From Octopus vulgaris (Eukaryota), in NCBI GenBank assembly GCA_951406725.2, contig OX597838.1, positions 30,442,001 to 30,506,000 of the forward strand: DNA of 64,000 bases, in the 5' to 3' direction. Both the position numbers and the translations under genes were made by a program. Under the pieces are notes generated by a model that had not been told where the DNA came from, searched no databases, and saw only the letters and a program-made list of their open reading frames with translations. Positions 23,911-36,340 of this stretch are shown here, piece after piece (within the stretch, counting starts at the first letter, position 1; every line of letters starts with the position of its first letter).

Positions 23911-24308
23911 CTCTTTTTACTTGTTTCAGTCATTTGACCATGCTGGAGCACCGCCTTTAATCGAGCAACTCAACCCCGGGACTTATTCTTTGTAAGCCCA
24001 GTACTTATTCTATCGGTCTCTTTTGCCGAACCGCTAAGTGACAGGGACACAAACACACCAGCATCGGTTGTCAAGCAATGCTAGGGGGACAAACACAGAC
24101 ACACAAACATACACACACACATATATATATATATATACATATATACGACAGGCTTCTTTCAGTTTCCGTCAACCAAATCCACTCACAAGGCTTTGGTCGG
24201 CCTGAGGCTATAGCAGAAGGCACTTGCCCAAGTTGCCACGCAGTGGGACTGAACCCAGAACCATGTGGTTGGTAAACAAGCTACTTACCACACAGCCACT
24301 CCTGCGCC
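23911..24308 (-). mobile_element. SINE family A, full length
   Basis: Complete reverse-complement copy. Confidence 0.9.
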
Positions 24309-24498
24309 TATATATATAATATATAACTTGAGAAACAAGTAGAGGGGTTAGTGACGGGAAGAGCATCAATGCCTTCTATGAAGAAACAGATGTAAACACA
24401 AATAAGAACAAACTTGTGTATATATATATTACATAATCTATTATAGATGATATATATACGTGCATATATATGTATACATACAGACAGACAGAAGAAAA

Positions 24499-24544
<46 letters not shown>

Positions 24545-24569
24545 GAGTGGGTGTGCATACATATGTGTG

Positions 24570-24601
<32 letters not shown>

Positions 24602-25061
24602 CGCTTATATATGCATCTATATTTATGTATGTTTATTTACATACATATAATTATATTTGTATGTATTTGTGACCATATATGTATACGCTAACAAATATAC
24701 ACACGTTTATATTAGCGTCTCTCTCTCACTCTCGCTATATATATATATACATATATATACACACACACACACACACGAACACACGGCCATACAATGTGCG
24801 AATACACACACACATACACATATGGATAAATGTATATGACTGTTCCACCATCAACTTATTCGTCATCTCTGAATAATACAAACACAAAAACTCATCATCA
24901 TCACCATCATCATCTCTAGCAAGCCTGACCTAACGGTTCTTATATATACACATATATATTTATATATATATATATATACGTGTGTGTATATGAACACGCT
25001 ATGTTATATACATAGATCGCCATATATACAGTACATGTCAAACAATAATGAAATAACTTAC

Positions 25062-25530
25062 GGAAAGTGGAGCAATCTTGCCGAAGAGACATGAGAGAAG
25101 ATAAAGAAAGAATCGGGACGATTGCTAGACACGAGAAATGAAGACAACCGGTGTTAGGCGAAAAACGGCCACCCTGTAAGAAAAATCCGACCGACCAGTG
25201 TGGCTTTTGTTTCGGTTTTTGTTTTGAGAATATTAAATTGGTGTGTTTGTTGTTGCTGTTTAAGGTCTGTCTGATTAGTTTTCATCGATTGAAGATATGC
25301 CCTCCGTTTCTTATCGGAAGGCATATCTAGGAATTTATCATCCTCTATCTCTCACTTTTTTCTTTTGTTTTTGAGGGAAATTTAGCTGCTGTTTCTGGCA
25401 AGTAAAGCGATCACGTAGATGCTCCTTGGTTCACTTGTGTTCTTAGAGGAGGTGGTGGCGCTGTATATGTGGTGGAGGTGAGGGAGAGGTTGATGTACAT
25501 ACACATACACACACACACATCCATAGACAT
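25062..25530 (-). promoter_or_regulatory. Candidate first (5'UTR) exon and promoter of the TMEM45-like gene
   Basis: Unique, relatively CpG-rich sequence ending in the minus-strand donor ctttcc|gtaagt at 25061. The CDS exon needs an upstream exon because of the acceptor at 12098. Confidence 0.35.
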
Positions 25531-25570
25531 GTGCATTCACGGGGTCTCTGGGATGTACTTCATCAGCACA

Positions 25571-25646
<76 letters not shown>

Positions 25647-25874
25647 GCGTGAATGTGTGTTGAGGGTATATTTTTTCGCTTGCGTGTATGTGTGTGTGTG
25701 CGCGCGGGTGTGAATTTGTGTCCATCCATCCATCCATCAATCCATGTATTCATCTATCTTACTCTCTCTCCATCTATATATCTATCTACCTGTCTATCTA
25801 TCTTCCTTTTTCCTTTTTCCATCTTCGAAAAGAAAAGCTCTACATTTGTATTTGTCTCCTCTGTGTTCAGCCCT

Positions 25875-26132
25875 GTGTGACCAATAAAGAAAGTTATCTG
25901 TGCCGGGCCGGAGCATCCATGACAACCTCCATCTGATGCGCTACATCATAGACAGAGTAGTTAAGGAACCAGGTATGGGTGGGGCCCTGATCAACTTGGA
26001 TCAATCGAAAGCCTTCGATAGGGTAGACCATCGATACTTGGAGGCAGTTCTGAGAGCGGCTGGTTTCGGTCCCGTCTTCCGCGGCTGGATAGCTGTACAG
26101 AGGCATCCGTTCGGTAATTCGCGTAAATGGAC
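25875..26132 (+). mobile_element. L1/Tx1-clade reverse transcriptase fragment
   Basis: PGRSIHDNLHLMR...ALINLDQSKAFDRVDHRYLEAVLRAAGFGPVFRGWI (RT motifs 2-3); truncated by a SINE. Confidence 0.85.
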
Positions 26133-26133
26133 A

Positions 26134-26317
26134 TCATTTTGACTGCGGCCATGCTGGAGCACCGCCTTTAGTCGAGCATATCGACCCCGGGACTTATTCT
26201 TTGTAAGCCCAGTACTTATTCTATCGGTCTCTTTTGCCGAACCGCTATGTGACGGTGACGTAAACACACCAGCATCGGTTGTCAAGCAATGCCAGGGGAA
26301 CAAACACAGACACACAA

Positions 26318-26394
<77 letters not shown>

Positions 26395-26541
26395 CGACGG
26401 GCTTCTTTCAGTTTCCGTCTACCAAAACCACTCACAAGGCTTTGGTCGGTCCGAGGCTATAGTAGAAGACACTTGCCCAAGGTGCCACGCAGTGGGACTG
26501 AACCCGGAACCATGTGGTTGGTAAGCAAGCTACTTACCACA
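26134..26541 (-). mobile_element. SINE family A
   Basis: Reverse-complement copy with an expanded internal (CA)n tract. Confidence 0.85.
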
Positions 26542-26756
26542 CATGTATGTATGTATGTATGTATGTATGTATGTATGTATGTATGTATGTATGTATGTAT
26601 GTACATAAAAAGTTTTTATCAGCCATTTCTTTCCCCGGTCTGTGTATCTTAATATTCAATAAACACATTTTTCTAAGAAAAACATTTTTCAATAAACATT
26701 TTTCTAACAAACAAAAGTATTCTCTGGAACCAAATTCGACGCTCTCTCTCTCTCTC

Positions 26757-26811
<55 letters not shown>

Positions 26812-26816
<5 letters not shown>

Positions 26817-27149
26817 AAAAAAGCAACAAGAATGGATTAAAATCTCGGTACGATCGTTTCGTACGAGGACATCTTTAATAAGCTACAAAAAATGCAGTGA
26901 ATACAGATGGCTCGTACTCGTCAGCCGAAAAAACATCAGAGAATTCACTGCATTTTTTGTAGCTTATTAAAGATGTCCTCGTACGAAACGATCGTACCGA
27001 GATTTTAATCCATTCTTGTTGCTTTTTTCCTATTTGTAATCACCCCACTTGTCGTATGGTTAACACCATATAGATTTCCGGTGCATCCTAGTTAAGGACC
27101 ATATTCATGTGAATTCTTTAGAATTCACTTGAATCTCAATTACTTAACC

Positions 27150-27150
<1 letters not shown>
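26812..27150. mobile_element. Penelope-like element end with 91-bp perfect inverted repeat, in (TA)n
   Basis: Arms at 26812-26902 and 26943-27033 with a 40-bp spacer. Contains a hammerhead and has (TA)n on both sides. Confidence 0.7.
26845..26928 (-). ncRNA. Type I hammerhead ribozyme, canonical core
   Basis: tcgg-CTGACGA-gtacgag...ctcgtac-GAAA-cgatcg-TA-ccga: stem I 4 bp, stem II 7 bp, palindromic stem III ACGATCGT, GUA cleavage triplet. Confidence 0.8.
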
Positions 27151-27216
<66 letters not shown>

Positions 27217-27222
<6 letters not shown>

Positions 27223-27598
27223 CACTTAAAGCATGCAGAATCCATGCTCCATACATCTGAACCTTTCCCATCGAGTGAAGATGTTTTTCTATAGCAGTGT
27301 GGGAGCATTCCATTTTCTCTGCCAGTTCCTTTGTCGTTTGACGAGAATTTTCGTGTAAAAGTTGGTTTAATCGCTCTGCATCGAACTCAACTGGACGGCC
27401 AGAACGTGGTGCGACTTTAAGGTCAAAATTCTCATTTTTGAACTTGGCATACCAATCACGAGCAGTTCTTTCGGCTATGGCACTCTCTCCATACACAGCA
27501 CAAATGTCCCGAGCAGGTTTTGCGACCTCAGAACCTTGATTAAAAGCAAAAAGAAGGAGGTGTCGAAAATGCTCGTTTTCCTTAACTTGACATTCCAT
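27217..27598 (-). pseudogene. Mariner transposase N-terminal fragment (mellifera-like), truncated at (TA)n
   Basis: EHFRHLLLFAFNQG...ICAVYG...WYAKFK...PRSGRP...GAWILHALS (decayed WVPHEL motif). Confidence 0.85.
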
Positions 27599-28008
27599 TT
27601 TAATGACCTGAAAATAAACAGAAATTAACAAAAATTAACTAGAAAAATGCAAAAAAAAACCCAAAATATATTCCAAAATGATACAAAAATAGAATGTGAT
27701 GTGCAAGTTGTGATTCTTCGATGCGGTTGGTGAAGCTGGTTGAAGGGAAGGCCGCAATTCGTTGACGGGGTCACCAAATGTAGAGGTTATGTGTGTGTAT
27801 CAGGTGAAGAGATCCAAAAGGAATGTGTATGTCTTTCAAGTAAACAAATGAGTGAATAGATTCATAGTTAAAAATAATTTATTCACTGGACTTAATTTGT
27901 CGTTGGTACACAATTCTTCACTACATGCAAAATGTTGACAACTGCTACGAGTTGCTAGAAATAGAGAAATAGAGACAGGGTACATCTGTGGAAGTGAGGT
28001 GTCAGAAA

Positions 28009-28050
<42 letters not shown>

Positions 28051-28064
28051 CATATGTACGTACA

Positions 28065-28372
28065 TTGTTGTTGTTTGTTCCTTCTCGAGCCATGCCTGGC
28101 TCATAAGGGCCGGTTTCCCGGTTTCTTGGCGTATAGGTTCCCCACCTGGACGCGACGCCGGTCCGTCGCAGGTGAGCTGCAAGATGCAGGAGGAAAGAGG
28201 GAGAGAAAGTGGTGGCGAAAGAGTCAGCAGACGTTTCGTCATTACCTTCTGCCGGAGCCGCGTGGAGGCTAGGTGTTTCGCTCATAAACACACACATCGC
28301 CCGATCTGAGATTCGAACCCACGATCCCTCGACCGCGAGTCCGTTGCTCTAACCACTAGGCCATGTGCCCCC
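28065..28372 (-). mobile_element. SINE family C (tRNA-Arg-like head) with (AAC)n tail
   Basis: Minus strand reads ggcctagtggttagagcaacggactcgcggtcgagggatcgtgggttcgaatc. Confidence 0.8.
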
Positions 28373-29476
28373 ACACACGTACGTACGTACGTACATACAT
28401 ACATACATACATACATACATACATACATACATACATACATACATACGTACGTACATATGTATATACCTTTGCATATTCCCTTCATCAGCTGTTGACTAAA
28501 CATCATAACGATTTCGACACCTTCTGATAGTACCGGTCCATCCAGTGGGGATAAGTAGCATTAAACCCTACCAGGAAATATTCGGTTTGTTTGGGTCCAT
28601 ACTGCAGCACATTACACCTTTCTCGTTGCTTTTTCCTCCTCCCCATCCCCACTAGACTGGATGCAGCTGTGTCCACTCCAACCAGCCAGGCAACACCCAC
28701 AACGTTTTGCTATCCACAGATGAGTGTTTTTGCTCTTAACTTTGGCCGTCCTCTTACATAAGCTTATCATATTCAGGATGAAGCACCACGTACTTTCCTC
28801 AACAGTTTACGGATCGTCGCTTCCGCAAAAGGAATCACTGTACACTGCCAGCTTCTTTCATTTACACGATACCCTAAAACCTTTATATTTACAGTTCCAT
28901 TTTTTTAATGATCCGACTCCAGGTAACCTTCCCAAAAAGGTAACACGGAGTCGGACCATTTCGTCAAATAACTTGCCATGCCATAAAGCCAGATCGCTGT
29001 GTTTTCTTTTTTATTGAAATTATAACTTGGAACCGAAGCTCGTTCTTCAAATCTATTCGGATCTCCCAGTCATTAGCACCATGTAAAAGTCTTGGGTCTA
29101 GGAATTCTTTAATTTATTCCCTCTCTCTCTCTCTCTCTCTCTCTCTCCTTGTAGAACAGGACAAGGTACAACTTGGTGTAGATTCTTATTAAATTATTGC
29201 GTTGTTTTCACCAGTGATATTGCAGACATTGATAATCCTTTTTATTATAAGTACAAGGCTTGACCTTTTGAGGGGCGGGGCTAGCCGATTACATCGACCG
29301 CGGTGCTTAAATAGAACCTTATTTTATCGACCCCAGAGGATGAAAAGCAAAGTTAACCTCGAACTTAGTCCGCAAAGAGTCAAAAGAAATACAGTTTATC
29401 CAACGTGCAAGCGGTTCTGTTCGTAATCTGGTCGGAGACTTTACGCTTCCAGAAATATTCTTCAAGACATGCTTTA

Positions 29477-29678
29477 GCCGTCCAAGAATTTGGACCTGGA
29501 GATCTCCATTTCCAGCGACTTCGAGGGCAACCTTCCAGTGGTGTCGGGCGTCAACGGAGAGCCCTCGACTACAACAAGGCGACCAAAGTTTCTTTTTTTT
29601 TTTTTCCTAGGTCTGGGGTCTCCCACCCCTAAGCCCTAGACCATCACCTAATCACTTTTACCCATCTTGTTGCTTAAT

Positions 29679-29718
<40 letters not shown>

Positions 29719-30020
29719 GCAACGACAACAACAACTGCAGCAGCCACAACACCAACCACTACTACCATCACCATCACCACCACCAACAACAGCAGCATCT
29801 GTTCAAGAATTTGGACCTGGAGATCTCCATTTCCAGCGACTTCGAGGGCCACCTCCCAGTGGTGCCGGGCGTCAACGAAGAGCCCTCAACTACAACAAGA
29901 CGACCAAAGTTTCTTTTTTTTTTTTTTCCTAGGTCTGGGGTTTCCCGCCTCTAAGCCCTAGACCATCACCTAATCATCCTTACCCGTCTTGTTGCTTAAC
30001 AGCAACAACAACAACAACAA
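29477..30020 (+). repeat. Two tandem copies of a structured ~200-bp GC-rich repeat, each ending in (AAC)n
   Basis: caagaatttggacctggagatctcc...gagccctc...ccctagacc at ~29480 and ~29803; a third partial copy lies at 63845-63933. Confidence 0.8.
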
Positions 30021-30244
30021 GACCTGCTTTACATGCTACAGGGACATTCTCTATGGATGCGCATAACCTCCACACCTCTGACATTCAGCTGTGTGACTTC
30101 ACCCCATCCTACTGTCTAACGTTGGCATCAAATTTAGACGCAAGGACAGTAATTTGCGGGGACGAGTTAAGTCGATTTCATCCACCCCAGTCCTCAACTG
30201 GTACTTTTTTTTATCAACTTCGAAAGGATGAAAAGCTAAGTCCA

Positions 30245-30797
30245 CCTCAATCGTCTGGAAGCCGTTCAGCGATGTGCAACTAAAAGAATACCCTCCATCA
30301 GGCATTTGCCATATTCTAAACGCCTTACTTCCCTGGGCATGGACACATTGAAACTCCGACGTCTGGCAGCTGACTTGGCAGACACCCATAAAATTATTAA
30401 CCACCTTACAAACAATAACTCTGAGCACCTTTTCAAACTCCACCCGTCTAACACCCGTGGACATATTTACAAAGTCAGAAAACAGCACAGCTCCCATGAC
30501 TTTCGGATACATTTTTTTACGCTGAGAGTTGCTGAAGCATGGAACAAACTGCCGGCATCAGTTGTTACTTGTCGGAGCACTGCATCCTTCAAAACTTCCA
30601 TGCTTCCTGAGATTCGCCAACACTACACCTGATTTTCTCCTCCCCTCCATACACACGCAAGCATGTATCTAACTAAAAAACTGTTCGCTTTCCAGGCATT
30701 TGTACATTACTACGTATACTTTATACGCACTTTCTGACAAGTTGTGGTGCACCTGAGCACTGTACACAATAATTTCATTATTATTATTATTATTATA
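30245..30797 (+). mobile_element. CR1-clade LINE 3' end
   Basis: PYSKRLTSLGMDTLKLRR...TRGHIYK...FFTLRVAEAWNKLP, then a 3' UTR and (ATT)n tail. Confidence 0.85.
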
Positions 30798-31967
30798 AAT
30801 GCTGCTGTGCATTTTGAGAGATATGCTAACTCGCCACTTCCCATTGCCTATTATTAACTGGCGAGTGGGGCATAGAGCACATCTTACTCTATTCGCAGCA
30901 AGAATAGCAAGAACCCCACTGGTTCCATTTACCATAACAATATTCTACTGCAGTGGAATTGATTGGTTGAAATTGCCGAAATGCAAGAAATTAAATAACA
31001 AATAGCTTACAAACAACAGCAGAAATTGTATTCACCTCAATAGACGTCATTGATTGGTTGAAATTGCCGAAATGCAAGAAATTAAACAACAAATAGCTTA
31101 CAAACTATAGAATTTTCTCAAGAACACAAAGAGAAAAAGATGTTTTATGTGACACATTCTACCAGTATTCGAAGTTTAAAAGTGTTTAGTTACAAAGAAA
31201 TTATTTTTAAAATCTGCCGGTCAAAGTGAAAAGATCCCCCATATAACCCTTGGGATCTATATAAGAAAAAAAATTTTAACAATTTTATTGTGTCTGGGGA
31301 GAGTCATTATGTTTTAATACTTTATTACTTAACACACGCACTGGTTCGATTTCCACTCATTTCCTTATGTATTTTTTTCTAAAATTTCCGTTGCTTCTTG
31401 CATCCTCTTCAATAGACGTTGATTCTGTCCGTTATCAGAGCTGCGTTCTTTTTGTTTGTTTGTTTGTACGTATGTGTGTGCGTCAGCACTGAAAGTTTAT
31501 GAGGGGTCCACCCGAATAAAACAGGAATCAAAAGGGTCCACCAAAAGGGTCCACAGACGAAAAATGGTTGGGAAACCTCGTTTTGCAGTTTTTCTTTTAC
31601 TCAGTTCTCTCCCCTGCTTCTTCCCAATTCTCCTGGTTTTGACGAACATTTCTCTTCTTCAATCAGGAGAATGATTTCATTCGCCTCCTCTTGCCTGCCG
31701 ATATTATTCAGCCAGAATATAATTTGTTCCATGTCTACCCAAGTCCCAAATAGACGTCGTTGATTGGTTGAAATTGCCGAAATACGAGAAATTTAACAAC
31801 AAATAGCTTACAAACTACAGAATTTTCTGAAGAACGCCAAGAGAAAAAGATGTTTTATAAACACGTTCTACCAGTATACGAAGTTTAAAATTTTTTAGTA
31901 ACAAAGAAATTATTTCTAAAATTATTTCACTTTGACTGGCAGATTAACTACCATTAGATGAAGTGGA

Positions 31968-32392
31968 GGATCTTTTCGGTTTGACCGGCAGTTTTTTAAC
32001 ATAATTTCTAGGTAACTAAGCACTTTTAAACTTCGTATACTGGTAGAACGTGTTTATAAAACATCTTTTTCTCTTGGCTTTATTGAGAAAATTCTATAGT
32101 TTGTAAGATATTTGTGGGGTTTTTTTTCTTCAATTTCTGCAATTTCAACCAATCAATGACGTGTATTGAGTTAAAAAACATTCTGTGTCGTATGAATATG
32201 TCCCTCGTTTAAGAAACATTGGGTTTATTTACATTTGTGAAGAAAAAAAGATACCCTTTCCCCCACCCCTAACCCTAACCCTAACCCTAAAATAGATTGA
32301 AATGCAATAGATCGATTCTAGGGTCATAATTATGGGTGACAATTTCATATGACACCGCTAGAAAAAAACTGCCGTTCAAACCGAAAAGATCC
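31968..32392. mobile_element. MITE with ~30-bp TIRs and internal (CCCTAA)3; partial copies at 30958-31236, 31750-31945 and 33790-33855
   Basis: ggatcttttcggtttgaccggcagttttt ... aaaaactgccgttcaaaccgaaaagatcc (1 mismatch). Confidence 0.8.
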
Positions 32393-32734
32393 CAAAATTC
32401 TATCACGGAAAGGAACAATCATTCACTTCTTTGCTCCTTTTCCATAAGTTAATGATCGCTATTCTGAAAGCCCAGAGATAAGCTATTACACATAAAACTC
32501 AGGCAGGAATGATTCTGATCATAACTCTGTTCAATCAGTTCTAACCTGTAGCACAAGAATAATAACAACTTTAGAAAACCAACCAAGATCCGTTCTAAAG
32601 GTTAAACTCTTTCAATTTACTCTAAGAGGGAAGTAACTCAAAGAAAGAACCACGTAGTTGTCTCCCTTGTAAAAAATTTTTTTATTTTATTTCTTTTTTT
32701 CTCTCCCCTTTTTACATTTTAACAAAATTTCATC

Positions 32735-32989
32735 GTCTCGGGAGAGTCATTCTCTTTTGGAGCCTTATAATGTAACACAGTCACCGGTAAAATTTCCACT
32801 TATCACTTCAAAATTTTTTTTATCCTTCTAAAATTTTCGTTGCGTCTTGCAACCTTTTTGATAGTTTTGAGTCAAAACTATTGAAAGACGCAACGAATAT
32901 TTTAGAAGAATAAAAAAGAAATAAGTAGAAATTTTATCGGTGAGTTTGTTAAATTATAAGGCATAAAAAAAAAATGACTCTCCCCAGAC
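32735..32989. mobile_element. Fold-back (palindromic) MITE; a half copy lies at ~31290-31415
   Basis: Imperfect palindrome centred on atagttttga-g-tcaaaactat (32871), with outer arms gggagagtcatt / aatgactctccc. Confidence 0.7.
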
Positions 32990-33280
32990 ACAACAAAATA
33001 TGTTTCAACGCACGAACTCACATAAAGAATCCTGCAAACCAAATCCAAAAACGAAATAAAAGTTCATTGGATTAAGAGATGCAGTTGAAAGCTGGATACA
33101 ACGTTTTGCAGAATTTAATAGTGAATATCCGTATGCTATGTTCAAATCTCAGTGATGTCGACTTCAGCTTACATTAGCTTGAAATCTATAATCTAATTCG
33201 GTTTAATATCAATCCAAATATACAAGTTAATATTATCGACAATTAACCCTTTCAGCCGAAGCTAACATCCCTTATCAAGT

Positions 33281-33672
33281 TGTGGTAAGTAGCTTGCTAA
33301 CCAACCACATGGTTCCGGGTTCAGTCCCACTGCGTGGCACCTTGGGCAAGTGTCTTCTGCTATAGCCCCGGGCCGACCAATGCCTTGTGAGTGGATTTGG
33401 TAGACGGAAACTTAAAGAAGCCTGTCGTATATATGTATATATATATGTATGTGTGTGTGTGTTTGTGTGTCTGTGTTTGTCCCTCTAGCATTGCTTGACA
33501 ACCGATGCTGGTGTGTTTATGTCCCCGTCACTTAGCGGTTCGGCAAAAGAGACCGATAGAATAAGTACTGGGATTACAAAGAATAAGTCCCAGGGTCGAT
33601 TTCCTCGACTAAAGGCGGTGCTCCAGCATGGCCACGGTCAAATGACTGAAACAAGTAAAAGAGTAAAAGAGT
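33281..33672 (+). mobile_element. SINE family A, slightly 5'-truncated
   Basis: Runs from tgtggtaagtagcttgc to the taaaagag tail. Confidence 0.88.
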
Positions 33673-34489
33673 GGATTCATAGAATCGGCAGAGCACCGTA
33701 TAACATGCCTTGAGTGAATTAGCTACGAATCCTTACGTTCTAAGTTCAAAGCTCGACGACGTCAACTATTTAAAAAATTTTTATTAATTACCAGTATACG
33801 AAGTTTCAAATTGTTTAGTTAACTAGAAATTCCGTCCATCAAACGGAAAAGATCCATATTATTACTTCTTCCAGATTTGATAAGAATTAAATATCAATTA
33901 ATGCACAGGGATGTGCGTCGATATATTATCGATTATTAATTGTGAGACATTGTGTTAACCTGAGAAATCGATATTTATCCGACTCATAAATTTCGGGAGG
34001 ATTTATATGAAAAATATTCTTAACACAATATCGATTACGGGACGACACACAGACAAAATAAAAAGTCATCTCACTTGAACATTACCTATAGGTTCGTATA
34101 CAAACTGCGTGGAGTGAGAACACACACACACACACATAGATATACAAACATACATATATATATATGTGTGTGTGTGTGTGTGTATATATATATACACATA
34201 AATACATGTATGTATATATATATATACATACATATGTATGTGTGTGTGGGTATACACACATGCATCTATATATACATAGAATATATACACAAACATATAT
34301 ATATATCTAAAATTAAATAATAAGGGTAGAAATTGAATTAAAACCAGTGGCTTAGCATATTTAAAAAATCCGAAGATTAAAAATTGTGTGTATATATATA
34401 TATGTATGTATGTATGTATATATATATATATATATACACACATATTATTTTATATATATATACATATACATATATATATGTATATATAT

Positions 34490-34682
34490 TCGCCATGATA
34501 GAACGTTAGCTACTTCACACATTTTTTTCTCCTTGTTTTTTTTCTGTGTCCCTTTCTGTAGAAGAGCGTAGGCTCGAAACATAAAAGACATTTTCTATTC
34601 CTGAGCGTTATACTAATACATCTGTTTGTTTTATACACCACCTGTCTTCGTCTTTTTTTTTTTTCGTAAACTCTCCCTATGT
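34490..34682 (+). mobile_element. Penelope-like mini-element with minimal hammerhead motif (34552-34587), in (TA)n
   Basis: cttt-CTGTAGA-A-gagc-gtag-gctc-GAAA-ca-TA-aaag, with TA repeats on both sides. Confidence 0.6.
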
Positions 34683-34688
34683 ATACAA

Positions 34689-34755
<67 letters not shown>

Positions 34756-35140
34756 ATAAATGAAAAAGTGTATTGTAAATAAACAACAACGGTAGAAAAC
34801 GTATAGCGTATAGTAAGTGTACAATTGGAATGGGGGACAGACACAGACTGTCCCTAATTCTTCATCGGTTATCGGCCAGATGATATTACTCAGTTTCGCA
34901 CCTTCGATGATAAGGACTTTCCATGCTGATAAGGACTTCTCGAGGAAGTTGCGGAGAATATAGGGCCGAGAGCAACCAAAATAGTACAGAGTGGACACAC
35001 GACAGTGAATAAATGTAATTTAAGACAATGGTCAAAGACGAAACAATCAAGAAACGAGTAAACACACACACACACATATATATACCTGTGTGTGTGTATG
35101 TGTGTATATATATATATACCTGTATATATATATATGTACC

Positions 35141-35199
<59 letters not shown>

Positions 35200-35975
35200 A
35201 TATATATATATATATATATACTTGTATATATAAATAGATGTGTGTATTTTTCCCTTGTTAACAATTAACCTGTACATACATACATACACACACACACATA
35301 TATACATACACACACATAAACAAATGTCTGTATGGATGTTTTAAGTAAAGATTACGAAAGAAAAATAACTCAGAGTCTAGTGGCATCTATGTGATCAATA
35401 TAAACAAGTATATATATATATATATGTATATATATGTGTGTGTGTGTGTGTGTTTCTTTATATATAATTTTTATACCTATATTATTGCGGCGTACGTACA
35501 CCTCGTTCCCTTATGTATGCTTACATTCTATCCATTTGTACGACTTCTAAAAACTTTCTCTATACCTCACTTTCTGTCTTTCTCTTTCTCGCCTTGATTC
35601 TTTGGTCCCCCTCTTCCCCCACGAATGAACAAAACCAACATACCAGGTTTTGTTCATTCATGATATATTTTGAATTCGTTTCACTGAAGAGCAAGAGACG
35701 TAGATAATACGTTAATTGCGAAATCACAGGTGATCTGGAACTAAATTCTGTTTTTAAATGTCTTGCTTCGAGAGCTGCATTCGGTACGATTTGTTTATTT
35801 TTGGTAGTTATGACTTTAAAAGTCCGTCCTAGCGTGTGGCATTTATGTGTAATAATGCCCTCTATATAATATAAATAAATATTTTCAAGTTAAAAAATTT
35901 ACAGATTTTTTCTCTTATGAGGTTTTTCACGCTAACTACCTGATAATTTCTTATTAAGATTTTATCCTATTTTTA

Positions 35976-36023
<48 letters not shown>

Positions 36024-36046
36024 GAAATTTAGAGAAACATATATAA

Positions 36047-36340
36047 TCATCATCACTTAACGTCCGCTTTCCATGCTGGCATGGGTTGGACGATTTGACT
36101 GAGGGCTGGCGAACCAGATGGCTGCACCAGGCTCCAATCTTGATCTGGCAGAGTTTCTACAGCTGAATGCCCTTCCTAACGCCAACCACTCCGAGAGTGT
36201 AGTGGATGCTTTTACGTGCCACCAGCACGGGTGTCAGTCAGGCGGTACTGGCAACGACTTCGCTCGAATGTTTTTACCCGTACCAGTAAGGCGATGCTGG
36301 TAACGATCACGCTCGAATGGTGCCTTTTACATGCCACCGG
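36047..36340 (-). mobile_element. SINE-like family D
   Basis: catcacttaacgtccgctttccatgctggcatggg... Confidence 0.75.

Noticed and set aside
28300-28372. tRNA-Arg gene
   Set aside because: A/B boxes are present, but there is no proper acceptor stem and it continues into a multi-copy SINE body.
28520-29050. Unique-looking segment as a possible exon
   Set aside because: No convincing ORF, motif or splice pair found by eye; left unannotated.
32267-32290. Telomere or interstitial telomeric site
   Set aside because: Only about three CCCTAA units, lying inside a MITE.
35680-35705. CTGAAGA hammerhead-like start
   Set aside because: No stem II or GAAA follows.
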